A model generated the notes under the pieces. It was not told the origin of the DNA, made no database searches, and saw only the letters and a list, made by a program, of their open reading frames with translations. DNA of 64,000 nt from Trichoplax adhaerens (taxonomy: Eukaryota; Animalia; Placozoa), in NCBI RefSeq assembly GCF_000150275.1, contig NW_002060946.1, positions 6,615,855 through 6,679,854 on the forward strand, written 5' to 3'. Position numbers and translations under genes: made by a program. Within the stretch, counting starts at the first letter, position 1; every line of letters starts with the position of its first letter. Of this stretch, positions 52,215 to 64,000 are shown piece after piece.

Positions 52215-54088
52215 AAATGCCTTATCAACATGTTTTATGTGGATTTCTCGATAAAGTTTTGGACATGACTTAATTATATTATAAATTGCAATTTGCTCGA
52301 TCTTAATTAAAAAAATGAAATGCTAACAATTGTTAATTTATTTCTACTATAACTCGATTCAAATGATATTCTTTAAAGTTTCATGATATCGAAATACTGA
52401 ATCTTAATCAACCCAATCCTTTACAATCAAGGATGTTAGCATTTATATTACGATTATATCATGATGTTAGAGTATGACCAAATGTTAGCATGTGATGAAG
52501 TTCTCATTTTTTCTTAATTATACATATAATTAATTACTAGAAGAATTTGTTATTATTACTATTATTATTATTTCATGCGGCTGACCATCACTTACACGTT
52601 GAAATTATTCTAAGATAGGTTCTATACCTGGAAAATGTTAATGAATATCATGAGAGATTTAGGATTACTGCATTATTATAATTATTTTGCTGAAACTAAA
52701 TTAAGTATTATCTTCTTGTTATTTTAATTATACAATCTCATTTCTACTAATCTATAAGACTAGACCTTCTTTCATTGATTAGGTATCTGTACCTATGAGT
52801 GATTCATTTTACATATTATGCAATTACTTCTTACTATAATTATTATCAATCTTTGACTTATTCTAATTATATGTAAGTTTATATGCCATGATATCCAGAA
52901 ATAATAGTGCAATATTTACAAAATTCTCTATAAAACTATATCATATCCATATACTATCACGCTTCGTTATGCTACGTATTTACTATATGCGTACATCCAT
53001 AGTTATTTATTTAGCATATCGTATTAGTTTCGTTGAGTAAATCAATGACGTTATTTCTAAGGAGTATTTCAATGCGGATAATTAAACTAACTTTATGAAA
53101 TTTTCACGAATGAATTTACATTTTATTACAGGCACTTGTCACAATATAAATTGAAATTAATAATGCATACTATTGATAACTATATCTGAAGACAGAGTAG
53201 ATCGTATCGATCAGATAATAATATCTAACTTGGCATAACTGTTTAATTCAATTTTTCCATATCCTCATCGCAATGTTATCTTAATAAATGATTTATTAGT
53301 TATCTTCATAATAGAAAAATTTGTTCTAAATTTACAAATGGTCAGTTCGTATATTGCTAAGCATCTGATCCTTATCGCCACTTTGGTAATCGTTAATTAC
53401 CCGCATTACACAAAATCTCGTTGTTATAAATACAAGGTGTCGACACTGTTTTACTGTAGATCTCAAATTAAAAAAAAAATAGAGCGATTTCGTAATTCTT
53501 ATCCGATAAAGATTAATGCGTAAACGCGGTATGGCAACTTTTACCAACCATAATTCTCACTAAATACTGCATAAGAATCATTTCCCTGAACAGGTATACC
53601 TTCAGGTACAGTATTATACCATAGAGCGGAATGTCTTGTAAAACAGAATTCGTACCTATTTTCAACGAAATCTCTATGAAAGACATTATGTCGACTTGCA
53701 ATTAAATGAAGAATGAGGACTTAAGGATCTCGTTTACATCCGTCTACTAAGCATGCAGGGCTGGACATCGTGCAACTCATGCTAAGCATAACTCTTATTA
53801 TACAATCATAAAGCAGAAATAACTCATGAAGAGATTATGTATTTACTTTATTCTTATCCAATATAAGACATATAACAAGACGGCAATTTTCCTATTCGTT
53901 TTTAGTTACTAAATATAACTTCAATACAAATTAGCATGATTAAGTACTGGTAATTGAAACCAATTCCCAGTACTAAAGTATTTGTGTATAGAAATTTATG
54001 AGTTAAATTCCGTCTTTATAAGGTGCACGATTACAGCTTATTCAACTACTGCGGAACATAATTACAGTAATTTGCTGCTTATATTATA

Positions 54089-56804
54089 TTATTGTGACCC
54101 TAATGTTAACCTGTCGAACTGGTATTCACCAAGACCTTGCCCGACACGTTTAAGCTGTGCAACATAATCAGCTATTTCCTTGATGGCTGTGACTTGTTCT
54201 TGTAGATAGTTTCCTTCCAAAAAGTCACATAACTAGATGGAGATAAAAAGTTCATGTCGATATCAGTAACGGTGCAGTATAAATAAAGCAAATAGATTGT
54301 ACTAAAGACGACACTATTCGTAGCATTTGGCAAGAGTAGGTTACGAAGATAGTATGGGCTAAGAATTAGCCCACATAGCACTAGTACAAGTCAATAGGAT
54401 TACTACATATAAGCTACTTTTGAGCGGATAAAATAAATTTACAGTTAACGGTAAGGGACATTAAGTAATATACAGTAGTAAATAGTAACATTTAAGCCTA
54501 AATTCAACGGAAAACAACAAGGCATCAATATTATTCAGTAATCGTAGTTTGTTCTAGTGACTTGTAGCTAAAATCTTGTGTTGTAGTCATTAACGGTATT
54601 AAATTACGCGTATAGATTAAATGAAACTGTTTAGTCCATACGCGATCGTACTAAAGGATCTAGCGTTATACATGTAGGTGTATCACTAAGAAAGATTTAT
54701 TGACTGTATTCAGTATACTGTACTTTCTTACTGGACTGCACGACAATTGCACATTTCGTGTACAATATTTACATCAGCACACGAATGATATTGGTCTTCT
54801 TAGTCGACGTCAATGTTTACATGATCCTATATGATATTATACTTGTCTTTCACATACAGACTGAGCGCAACGACATTGCATTAGGAGAATGAATTAGAGA
54901 GTTCCATCCGTGCAAGGGTAATGATATACTGTATATCTACGTTGATATTCAATGTTGATTATTTACAGGTTCATACATTTCATGATGTCACTAGGTGAAC
55001 CAACAGATTGGCCAAGTAAATAAATAACCACACAGCATAACGCATACAATCATAACGATATGCTCGTGCTATTGTAGAGTACAGTACTTGATTTTGTGAC
55101 AATCAACCAATGTTACGAATGAGAACGTTAGTAATCAATTTTTACAAGTTTGATGGTCAGTACTAGAATTGACACAATATCTGTGATGATATCATCACTG
55201 TTATTACAATAGTATGAGGTCATTTACCTGTGAATCATTATGGCGCTCAGCAACACTATGTAAATCAAGTAAAGCCTGGTTGACGTATTTCTCTAAGGCG
55301 AGAGCAGCAGACATGGCATCCGAGCATGAACCCCATTCGTCACGTTCAGGTCTCTTGATATCTTGCAAGACTATACGTCCACCACGGGTATTTTGTAGTT
55401 CAAGCAATTTCTCGGCATGTTCTCTCTCCTCATACGAGGCTTTCTTGAAGTATTTGTGAAAGTTGGGCAGGCTCACATCGTCACGGTCGAAGTAGTACGC
55501 CTGAAAACATGTGAGTATACCGTAAAAGCCGTTAGCATAAAAATCTTTTTCCCAAATTGTTTACGCTCAGGATATAATAATTCTATTCTATACTAGAAGT
55601 GAATTATATATTATCTACAGTACTGTACTGTACTGTATAGAGAAGGCATCTCCAACGAGTGTGTCGATCATCAAAGAAAGGAAGAAAATTTATCGCAAGT
55701 CTGGATAGGAAAAAAGTGATTTTAGACTCTACATCCAGATTCTAAAGCCATCTAATACAGCTTGAATAGTAGTTATCGCTAACTTTATGTGGGATATTCA
55801 TGTTGATGCAGTTTTCATATTGATATAGTAAAGTACTGTAAAGGATGGAAACAAGGCGTGGGGTATTTCATCATACCGGGCTAGTGTATTCGCTGAGTCA
55901 CCTTCAAGACTGCTGTACTATAGTGTAAAGTAGTACACGGTGGCCGGTTGGCAGCACAGTAGGGAATAGTGTATTGGGACGAAGGGTGCCAGGCAGAAAA
56001 CAGCGGTACCTCCTCTTGTACAAGCGTAGTATGCATCTAAGGCTGACTAAAATATGAATTCTACTGAGAGATTGGAGGATTTCATTTCGCTTCTGCTGCA
56101 TAGAAAAGTTAAGTCAGTTCGCTTCAGCATTCAACATAGAGGACTGAATTAAAATTGAGTTTGTGTTGGGTTCGTTTTTTGGATACTGTACCTGTATAAA
56201 ATGAGCGCATTCCATATATACTGTGCAATGCGCGAAATTTTAGTACTAAACCGGTATTTTCCGGGGTCCCATTAGTTTTTCTACACACTGTATTATGTTG
56301 GCAAGATTTTCAAGTCAGATATTCTCTTTTACTTACGGTTAGAATAATGTAGTACTTAATTACTGGGATCAACATGGATATACGACTGCTATTATAACTG
56401 GACTCGTTAGAACAGTGCCGGCATTGAAACAAAATATTTTTTTGGCCCTTGAATAGTAGGATGTCCAGCCTGGGTTTTCTTGATAACATGATTATACTAA
56501 ATAAGCTTCTGATATTCAGTAGAGCATAACGAATAAACAGATGTAACATTGAACTACAGTGTAGGCAGTATCAATCTACATAGCAGCCAAGTAGGGCAGT
56601 GAAAAACGCATGGATAGTCTAACACGGCGCGCACTCCATCGACCGATCGGAAAAGACCTAAAGCAAATCAGTCTGTTTCTTCATTTAATTTGTGTTACCT
56701 ACCATGGAGAGATAGACATAACTTGCGTATAATTCCAAGTTAATTTGCTTGTTTACACCAGCTTCACAATCTTCGTGATAATTTTGCCTTGCATTGGACG
56801 CCAT
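54089..56804 (-). CDS. FTH1: Ferritin, cytosolic H-type (172 aa)
   Basis: Exons (-): 56804-56703 ([34 protein letters not shown]), 55500-55228, 54232-54089 ([14 protein letters not shown]...[15 protein letters not shown]). Ferroxidase residues are present in [14 protein letters not shown] and EQV. The symbol denotes H-type similarity, not proven orthology. Confidence 0.96.
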
Positions 56805-56989
56805 TCTGTACTTTTAATAGCAATGGGAGTTCAGAGAAATGATGAAAAACCTTCAGTCAAAATGAATCGCAAAACGATTGATACTCTTTAATCGAACCGA
56901 ATGCTTTCAAAAGAATGATTAGTACCGTAGAAGTCCATCCACTCATTTTATACGTTTGTTCAAGATGGAGTAAACAATACGCTGTATTA

Positions 56990-57150
56990 ATGGTACAGTA
57001 CCGTACAGTACAAAACTACGATAGTGTACAGTACAGTACAGTGCACTGTAGCCTCGCTATACTGTACCGTACACTTGCACGATACACTGTACTGTACTGT
57101 ATTGGACTGGACTACTGTACAGTATACAGTACAGTCCAGTAATACTGTAA
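56990..57150. repeat. Degenerate (TACAG)n/(TACTG)n pentamer tract upstream of ferritin
   Basis: Dense tacag, gtacag and tactgtactg runs; the dominant orientation switches near 57045. Confidence 0.75.
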
Positions 57151-57388
57151 TGGGGTAAACAACTGCCTGATCGACTGATGTCATCAAGTTGGTACGTCAC
57201 GCGCATGTCAAAGCAGGTTCTGATTGGCTACTCTATTGACTGATGTCATGCAGGTTTACAACGCAAAAAGAGAATTTCTCGAAGTTTAGAAATCCTGTAC
57301 AGTACAGTACATTACACTGTGCACTCCGTGGACAGTGCAAAGTACTGTACTCTACTAAAGTCAACCCGAAACCCGATTGAAACCTGGC

Positions 57389-57875
57389 ATTCGCGTTAAC
57401 AATTGCTGTGGCGATAGAGCGTTTGTACTGTACACTGTACAGTATAGCGATTGCACTCAATGAGACGGACGGACTTTTCTGACCAAATGAGTCCGCAAAT
57501 ATCGAAAAATGACGACTGTCCTTTTACAGAAGGAAAAGATCTTTCATGTCTGTGTTTTAAATCGCTGGCAATAATTTAAATAGCGCCTACGATCTTCTAT
57601 ACTGTAACTCTTTTCCAATCAACAGTATTATCAGACTCGGGATTCGCGTTAAGAATTGCTGTGACAATAGAGCGTTTGTATAGCGATTGCACTCAATGAG
57701 ACGGACGGACTTTTCTGACCAAATGAGTCCGCAAATATCGAAAAATGACGACTGTCCTCTTACAGAAGGAAAAGATCTTTCATGTCTGTGTTCTAAATCG
57801 CTGGCAATAATTTAAATAGCGCCTACGATCTTCTATGCTATAACTCTTTTCCAATCAATAGTAATATCGGACTCC
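57389..57875. repeat. ~235-250-bp tandem direct duplication, 2 near-identical copies
   Basis: attcgcgttaa.aattgctgtg...gt.attatc.gactc at 57389 and 57642; the first copy has an extra ~17-nt ctgtac-type insert. Confidence 0.9.
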
Positions 57876-58921
57876 TACAATTTTTAGAGACTTTAATATT
57901 ATTTTCGTACTGCTTCGTCATCGTATTGGAAAATCAATGAAAATTGGTTGTACTGTACAGTATAAGCTAAGTAGTCACTTTTTTTTTACCTACTGTACTG
58001 TAGTCATAGAGTACTGTAGACATCAATAACCGTAACAGATATATCGCAATGGCACATTGCTTACTACTTTGTTGCAATCTTGACTTAAATTCAATATACT
58101 GTATAACTGTAGGAGTCGGGATATTGCTCTTGATCCCAATTGGTAACAGACAAGATTCAATGGAATATTATTACTGTTCTTAATTTAGAAGATATCAGTC
58201 AATTCCGACCGTCTGCATACTAAGGTACTACCATAACGTAGTGTTGGCAAAATATTTTGGCAAGATGAGACCTAAAATATCTGTCCGTCCAAGAGCAATC
58301 AATCCAAGCCTTCATGTTCTATTCTTTTTAGATATTTTGAATACAAAATAGAACATATTTACTTAATATTATATCATATTTCATACTGTACAGTATGTAC
58401 CATTATTGTAGAGTGTAGTAAATATGTTTACTGTCCATAGTTCGTGTTTCGCACTGTTGTTCTACAATCAGTTATTAAACTGTCAAAATGATCCATGGCT
58501 TCATTGAAGTGCACTGATTTACAGTAATACAGTAGTGCATGATTCAACGATTGCTAGCACTTTATTTTGAAATAGGCAAACTCCGTTTCAGCAATATATA
58601 TTAAACGTTTTCAATTTTTTAATTTATTGACAATACCTTCATGTCATTCCTCAATTACATTTGATTCTCATTACATTTTTATCACAAATACATCACATGT
58701 CAACTTTCTTTAGTTTTTAACAGTTCTACTACAGTAGTCACAAATCTTCCAACGAAGAAAGTTCAGTTATATTATTATCCCCTGGTTCTACGTGCAGCGT
58801 ACAAGTAGATTACTGTACAGAGAAAACCTGTGCAAAGTAGTGGGCTAGATATCCAAGGTACGTCATGCATGCTACATAACACAAAAGACTACATGAACCT
58901 AAAGCCTTGCTTGCCCCCATT

Positions 58922-59218
58922 TTAAGAAAATGATGCAACCTTCTCGATAAAATCAGCTAATTTGACGTCTTTTTCGGACAGACCACCACAATCGTGTGTA
59001 CTCAGTGTAATTTGGACCTTGTTATAAACATTAAACCATTCTGGATGGTGATCCATTTTTTCAGCTTGTAAAGCTACTCTGCTCATAAATCCAAAAGCCT
59101 GATTGAAATTTTTAAACAAAAATTCTTTATAGATGGCATCTCTTCCTTCAACCTCTGTCCAACCAGTACTCTGGAGTGGCTTCAAGGAATCGATTCGTTC
59201 CTGACCTTCTAATTTCAT
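58922..59218 (-). CDS. PCBD: Pterin-4-alpha-carbinolamine dehydratase (PCD/DCoH)
   Basis: MKLEGQER...[70 protein letters not shown] carries the DHHPEW and STHD signatures. The first in-frame ATG is at 59218; an N-terminal extension from an upstream exon is possible. Confidence 0.95.
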   Translation of the reverse strand: MKLEGQERIDSLKPLQSTGWTEVEGRDAIYKEFLFKNFNQAFGFMSRVALQAEKMDHHPEWFNVYNKVQITLSTHDCGGLSEKDVKLADFIEKVASFS

Positions 59219-59860
59219 ACTTCTTGTCCTAATGGTCCGAAATGCTAAGGCTGAAGTCGAAATGGCAAACTTGTCAATCGAGTAAAACAAGAAAGACGCT
59301 AATGCTGATCAATATTGACTACTAATACTGACCTTAGTGTACACTACAGTAATAAGGTCCCTTAATTAATTGGGTATTTGGGGATATTGTACGGTACGGT
59401 ATAGTAGTTTGTATCGTAAACTACCGTAAAAAGTATTGTAGTTACTGAAAACTGAGAATTTCCGTTGGGTGCGAAGTAGTAACTGCAATAAGCAGAAGGC
59501 ATGTCGTTTTCAAGTTATGGAGCTAATCATTAGCGTACATTATCCTTATTGAGATGATATTATGTTATTAATAGACTATCATGAATACTTACTGAGTAGC
59601 TGATACTGTTGGATCTTGCAAAGCCAACTTCTACCGCGTATCCGTGTAACAAGAGAGATTGGCATAGCGTAGGACTGATGTTGAAATCACTTTTACCTCA
59701 CTGGACTACCTCGAACTACAGTACTACAGTATACTAGAAGAAGGAGTTATTCAAGTACAGTACTGTACTATACATACAGTATAACAGACTGGACTCTACA
59801 GTGTACAGTATCTTGCATGCATGAGCTACAGTACTAAAAGAAAACCTGGACAGTACTGTA

Positions 59861-60192
59861 GACTGATCACTCCCTCCGACAGACGGACTTTTCTTACCAA
59901 AGGAGGCCGTCAATATCCAATAATGGTTACTTAGTATGGAGCTTCCGTGCCTGTTTGCTAAATCACTGGTACTAATTTTAATCACATCGACGATCTTATA
60001 AAACTGTTTCCAAGCAGAACTGAGTAGCAGATAATAACATTCAATGTAATATTACTTCATTTAGAAAAAATCAGTCCGTTTAAAATCGATCATCTCCATA
60101 CTAAAGTACTGTACTGTTATAACCAGGTGTTTGGCACAATATTTTAACCACATTCGGCCAACAGTGTCTGTCCGTCCAAGGAGTGATGAGTC
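59861..60192. mobile_element. MITE-like element (~332 bp) with ~28-bp imperfect terminal inverted repeats
   Basis: Left end GACTGATCACTCCCTCCGACAGACGGAC; right end reverse complement GACTCATCACTCCTTGGACGGACAGAC. Related ends occur at 57449, 57685 and 58275-58302. No clear target-site duplication. Confidence 0.55.
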
Positions 60193-60555
60193 GAGATCTT
60201 CGGCTAATAGTCTAGGACTCGACGACTTACCGCATACTCAGTATGGGATTGGGACGGGACGATACCGGATTTGAACGCTTTTGACGACGTGTCCAATTTC
60301 CTCTCTCCTACTTAGTGTTCTATATCCAGCGTAGACATACAGTAAAAATCAACGACTACCAGAAGCAAGACAGTATCTGGATAGTAGATCGGTAGATTAA
60401 TAGTCACGAGTCTCAATTTTGAGGTATAATACTGTATGTAGGACTAAGTCAACGTCTTCTTTTCATTCAACATTATTGTGCTACCATAGCAAGATTGAAA
60501 CAATGTCTATTGAATCGACTTGATGAGCAAGAGATAATAATGATAGAATGAGATA

Positions 60556-63500
60556 ATGCAGCATGAAATCCGCTTCTGTATTCCAACTTTAATTATATTT
60601 GTAGTTGCTTTAGTTCATATTTCTAATAGTAAAGTAATCCATGGGGTAATTCCTGTTGACGATTCTAAATTTCCCTATCCGAAAGATTTGACCTTTTTCT
60701 GCGGCAAGCTGGGTAAGGCATTTTTTTGTGGTACAGTAGCGAGCAGTCTTGTTAACAGGTGTAGCTTTGTATGCGATTTTTTTCCATCCATGAGTAACTT
60801 ACGATGATGATATATAGCGTTCAAGAATGCTACTAATGATGATTCCTGTCAGTCGATCAGGCAACTAACTGTTGACAGAGTACAAATGCTCATCTTGCAA
60901 TCTGATACGATAGTGATGCATAGCTAAAGTAATTTACTTTTGCATTTGTACAACGTCATCACTTGACTTTGTTTAAATCGTTCTGCCTCTCGCCTCTCTA
61001 TACAGTAACTGTGCTACAGTTAGTACGATTAAACCGTAACGTTGGCAACTTATCGGATATGCTTACAGCTTTGAATACAGTTGCCCACCAATCATCCAGC
61101 AATGGATGGCGGAAACATAACCCCCCCCCAAAAAAAAATAGAAAATCCTCATAAATAGCTCCTATTTCATTGATTCTGACAAGACCGTATAGTGTGCATG
61201 TTCAGCTTCAATCAATGATAAATCATGACTAAACAGTACGTGTATAATGAATTCATTTTCAACGAATGATAGATAGATGAAGTGCATATCCTCAATCATC
61301 AAGTTTATTCAGTCAGTAGAGCAATTTCACTTCTACGCTTACACGATGGAATAGTTATGCCAACTCATATTCTGTAGCTAAGATCTTTGTTGGAGTTCGA
61401 TGGGATACGCGAACAAACGAGTATGGTCACTAATTCACTATGATGCTATTTTTTAACGTACTCTACGCACTACCATGGACCTGTACGGTAGCTCTAAAAG
61501 TCCATGGTACTACAGATCCTACGCATACGACAGATTGATCGAAACTAGTCTTGAACATCAATAATATTTTAGACAATAAAATGCAGCAAAATTAAGGCAT
61601 ACGAGTATTTGGCATTGCACGAGCTCTCTCACTATGCATATGCCAACTAAATACCGCTGGTACTCCTTGGATACTATCGCCAAATGCTAACAATGACACT
61701 CGACTCTTTGATGCGCTGTACTTGCTTGATCATCACTAATACTGATTGTGTTGGATGTTTAGAATAACTAGCTTACTGCTATTCATACAACAGTAATGAA
61801 ATAGATGCGAGCAGTAGATATAACAATTTCACATTGCGTAGTCATCATATTCATTTTAAAATACTGCCTACAATACATAAACGGATATACCAAATTGATT
61901 TTCTTATCACTTTATGTTTCCATACTGGAGATATCGTACTAGGATTGCAAATCCATAAATATTCTCTGTACTCCACCTTTTTCAAATCGTTTCTAATTTA
62001 TTCTTTCTTAGGATCGATGATGACAATCCAATTAAATTTTACTCGCAAAGTAGTTTGTAGCCAATGCAAAATTTATTTACTTACTATTGATAATTGGAAA
62101 AAGTTGCAAGCCGGCATCCATTATAATGATAAATCGGAACAAGAGAAATCGTGTCAAAATATCTTGCGGACTGCTCATCTTTATGGTAAGAGGCCTATAC
62201 AGTGCGCCGTAATTTCGTGCAATATCTAATAGATGATCCTAGATTATCGCAAATTATATGTTTAATCAATTTATGACTATATTTTATTTCGATATAGTAT
62301 TTCAAAGTGTATATGCCAATATTTAAGAGTACAACTGGTTTATTGCTGAGATATTGGATTTCCAAAAGTGATTGTTTACCTTATTACTAGTAATACAGTG
62401 TATTTATCATCGCCATATAAAAGAATATTTTTCTCACAACTGGTATGAATTACGATACCAGTTGAACAATGTAGCAGTTAAAGTCATTTATAGGATAATC
62501 GACTGCACCGTTCGCCAAGTATACTTTATATGCATCCACTCCTTGATGATAGAAATAGGAAAAATATTTTCGTTATGACGGGCATCTTTGTGCAAAAGAA
62601 ATTTATAACATTTAATTCGGCTTTATTCGATATCTCTTGCAGAATCTGGATGATATTTATAACTAATAACACATCTACTTCTCTTTACATACTATAAACC
62701 TTGCTTTGAGAACAATATTCGTATTTATTTGAAGCATAAACGTAAATGTATATTTAAATAGTGTCCAGTATATGATTGGACTCATAATTAGTAATAATTG
62801 TAGTTATAGGGTAATAAACTCAGATGGATTCACCCTCTATAGCTCTAGTTGCATAATCTATTCATATAACAGTACTTCTCTAGTATTATTCATAATATAG
62901 CAGTGTTATACGCATATACTCGTGTATTAATAATTGCTAGGATAACAGTTAAAAAAATAGGATGTACAGATTGTTGTTATATTCTTATGGACTACATAAG
63001 CGTAAATGGAAGATCACTGTTCTAATTTACAATGCAACTATCTCAAAACCCATGTTTTATGCCTTTGTTATATGAAATGGATGATTTATTAATTACGTCA
63101 GTGATTCATTGTAACTAGACGCTACTTTTTAGTGGATATTATAGAGAATTCCTTGTCTCAATCTGTCATTACCTCCGCTACTCTGAATGACGAACAGTAT
63201 TCATGTTGGTATCTTGTCTATGCAAATCGTGCAACGTGCAATAGCATGTCCACGCCAGCGGAATCAATCACTCATCAAATAAATTATGTACTAACTCTTC
63301 AAAACGAAGCTATTGATAACAACACAATAACTCATTTCAGCGCTGAAGAAGAAGGTAATAACTTAAAATCCTTCACTTATAAAATAAGCAGAGTATCTTT
63401 AATTAAATTGAGATTTAATAATAATTTCATCAAACAGGGCTCATTTGCTACCTCCAGTATGGTAATACTATCTCTTTGAATGATTGATTAGTACCTTATA

Positions 63501-63936
63501 TAATTGCTATTAGGTATTCTCCTATTTTATCAACGTTTTACGTTCGTGCACTTTTTCGTAATGTGTCTTATGGCAAATTCAGTCGTACAAGTTATTAGCA
63601 AGGCTGGACCGATGCATCAGGTATTATTTGGGTTATAAATGAGTTCAATATTGAACTATTTTTATTCAATTACTTTATTATATCCAAGTTAAATAATCAA
63701 TTCGGATATGTTCTAATAGGCTATGGTACAGCTAGCATTTGCAGAAGTATTTCTATTTCTCAGCTTAATCCTTGCTACCTTTCACCTTCTGCAGTATGTA
63801 TAACCGTGCTATAATAAATTACTCAAAGTTAAATACCAATTTTGAAAATTAAATAACATTCGTAAAAATCTGGACTTTTATTACAGATACTCTTCAAATG
63901 GCATGGGTATGCCAATAATGTTGTTCTTATCCAATT
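60556..63936 (+). CDS. GPR180: GPR180-like (GPR180/TMEM145 family) signal peptide + luminal domain + 7TM protein, 5' part; continues past the window
   Basis: Exons 60556-60712, 62012-62185, 63145-63354, 63514-63620, 63720-63793, 63887-63936, with consistent phases. KIYLLTIDNWKKLQ, WYLVYANRATC, THFSAEEEG, KAGPMH and YSSNGMGMP match GPR180 motifs as I recall them. Confidence 0.85.
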
Positions 63937-64000
63937 GTGAGTACAATTTATGCTATCTCGTTTACCTATCGAGTCGATTTCCTGTTAATTGTTTAAGCCT

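Noticed and set aside
55850-56110. Structured ncRNA (RNase P/MRP, U3, telomerase RNA) in the ferritin intron
   Set aside because: No complete set of diagnostic boxes or template found by eye; needs an Infernal/Rfam scan.
56915-57460. Tyr/Cys/Thr/Val-rich ORFs
   Set aside because: Translations of the TACAG/TACTG repeat.
63438-63461. 24-nt in-frame mini-exon in GPR180
   Set aside because: Homology runs continuously without it (EEEG-ILLFY); possible but unsupported.

Overview
This is AT-rich, intron-containing animal genomic DNA; composition and gene style suggest a placozoan such as Trichoplax (inference, not verified). The ORF track shows only exon fragments, so genes were rebuilt by hand from GT-AG junctions and reading-frame continuity. 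Left to right: (1) 3.3-16 kb is a tandem array of secreted prepropeptide genes, with two intact copies, one pseudogene and one gene-less relic unit. Each gene has a signal peptide plus a strongly acidic pro-region on one exon, joined by a phase-0 intron to a hypervariable Arg/aromatic-rich exon that the ORF track misses. This is the architecture of antimicrobial-peptide precursors and is the main finding. (2) 16.6-22.3 kb (-) is an 8-exon FES/FER-like F-BAR protein that appears to lack SH2 and kinase domains. (3) 22.4-38 kb is a gene-poor tract with local tandem repeats. (4) About 38-52 kb (+) is a beta-type soluble guanylyl cyclase with H-NOX domain, a full catalytic residue set and a CaaX tail. 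(5) 54-64 kb holds ferritin (-), PCBD (-) and GPR180 (+, runs off the window), in a TACAG/CTGTA-rich zone with MITE-like elements.
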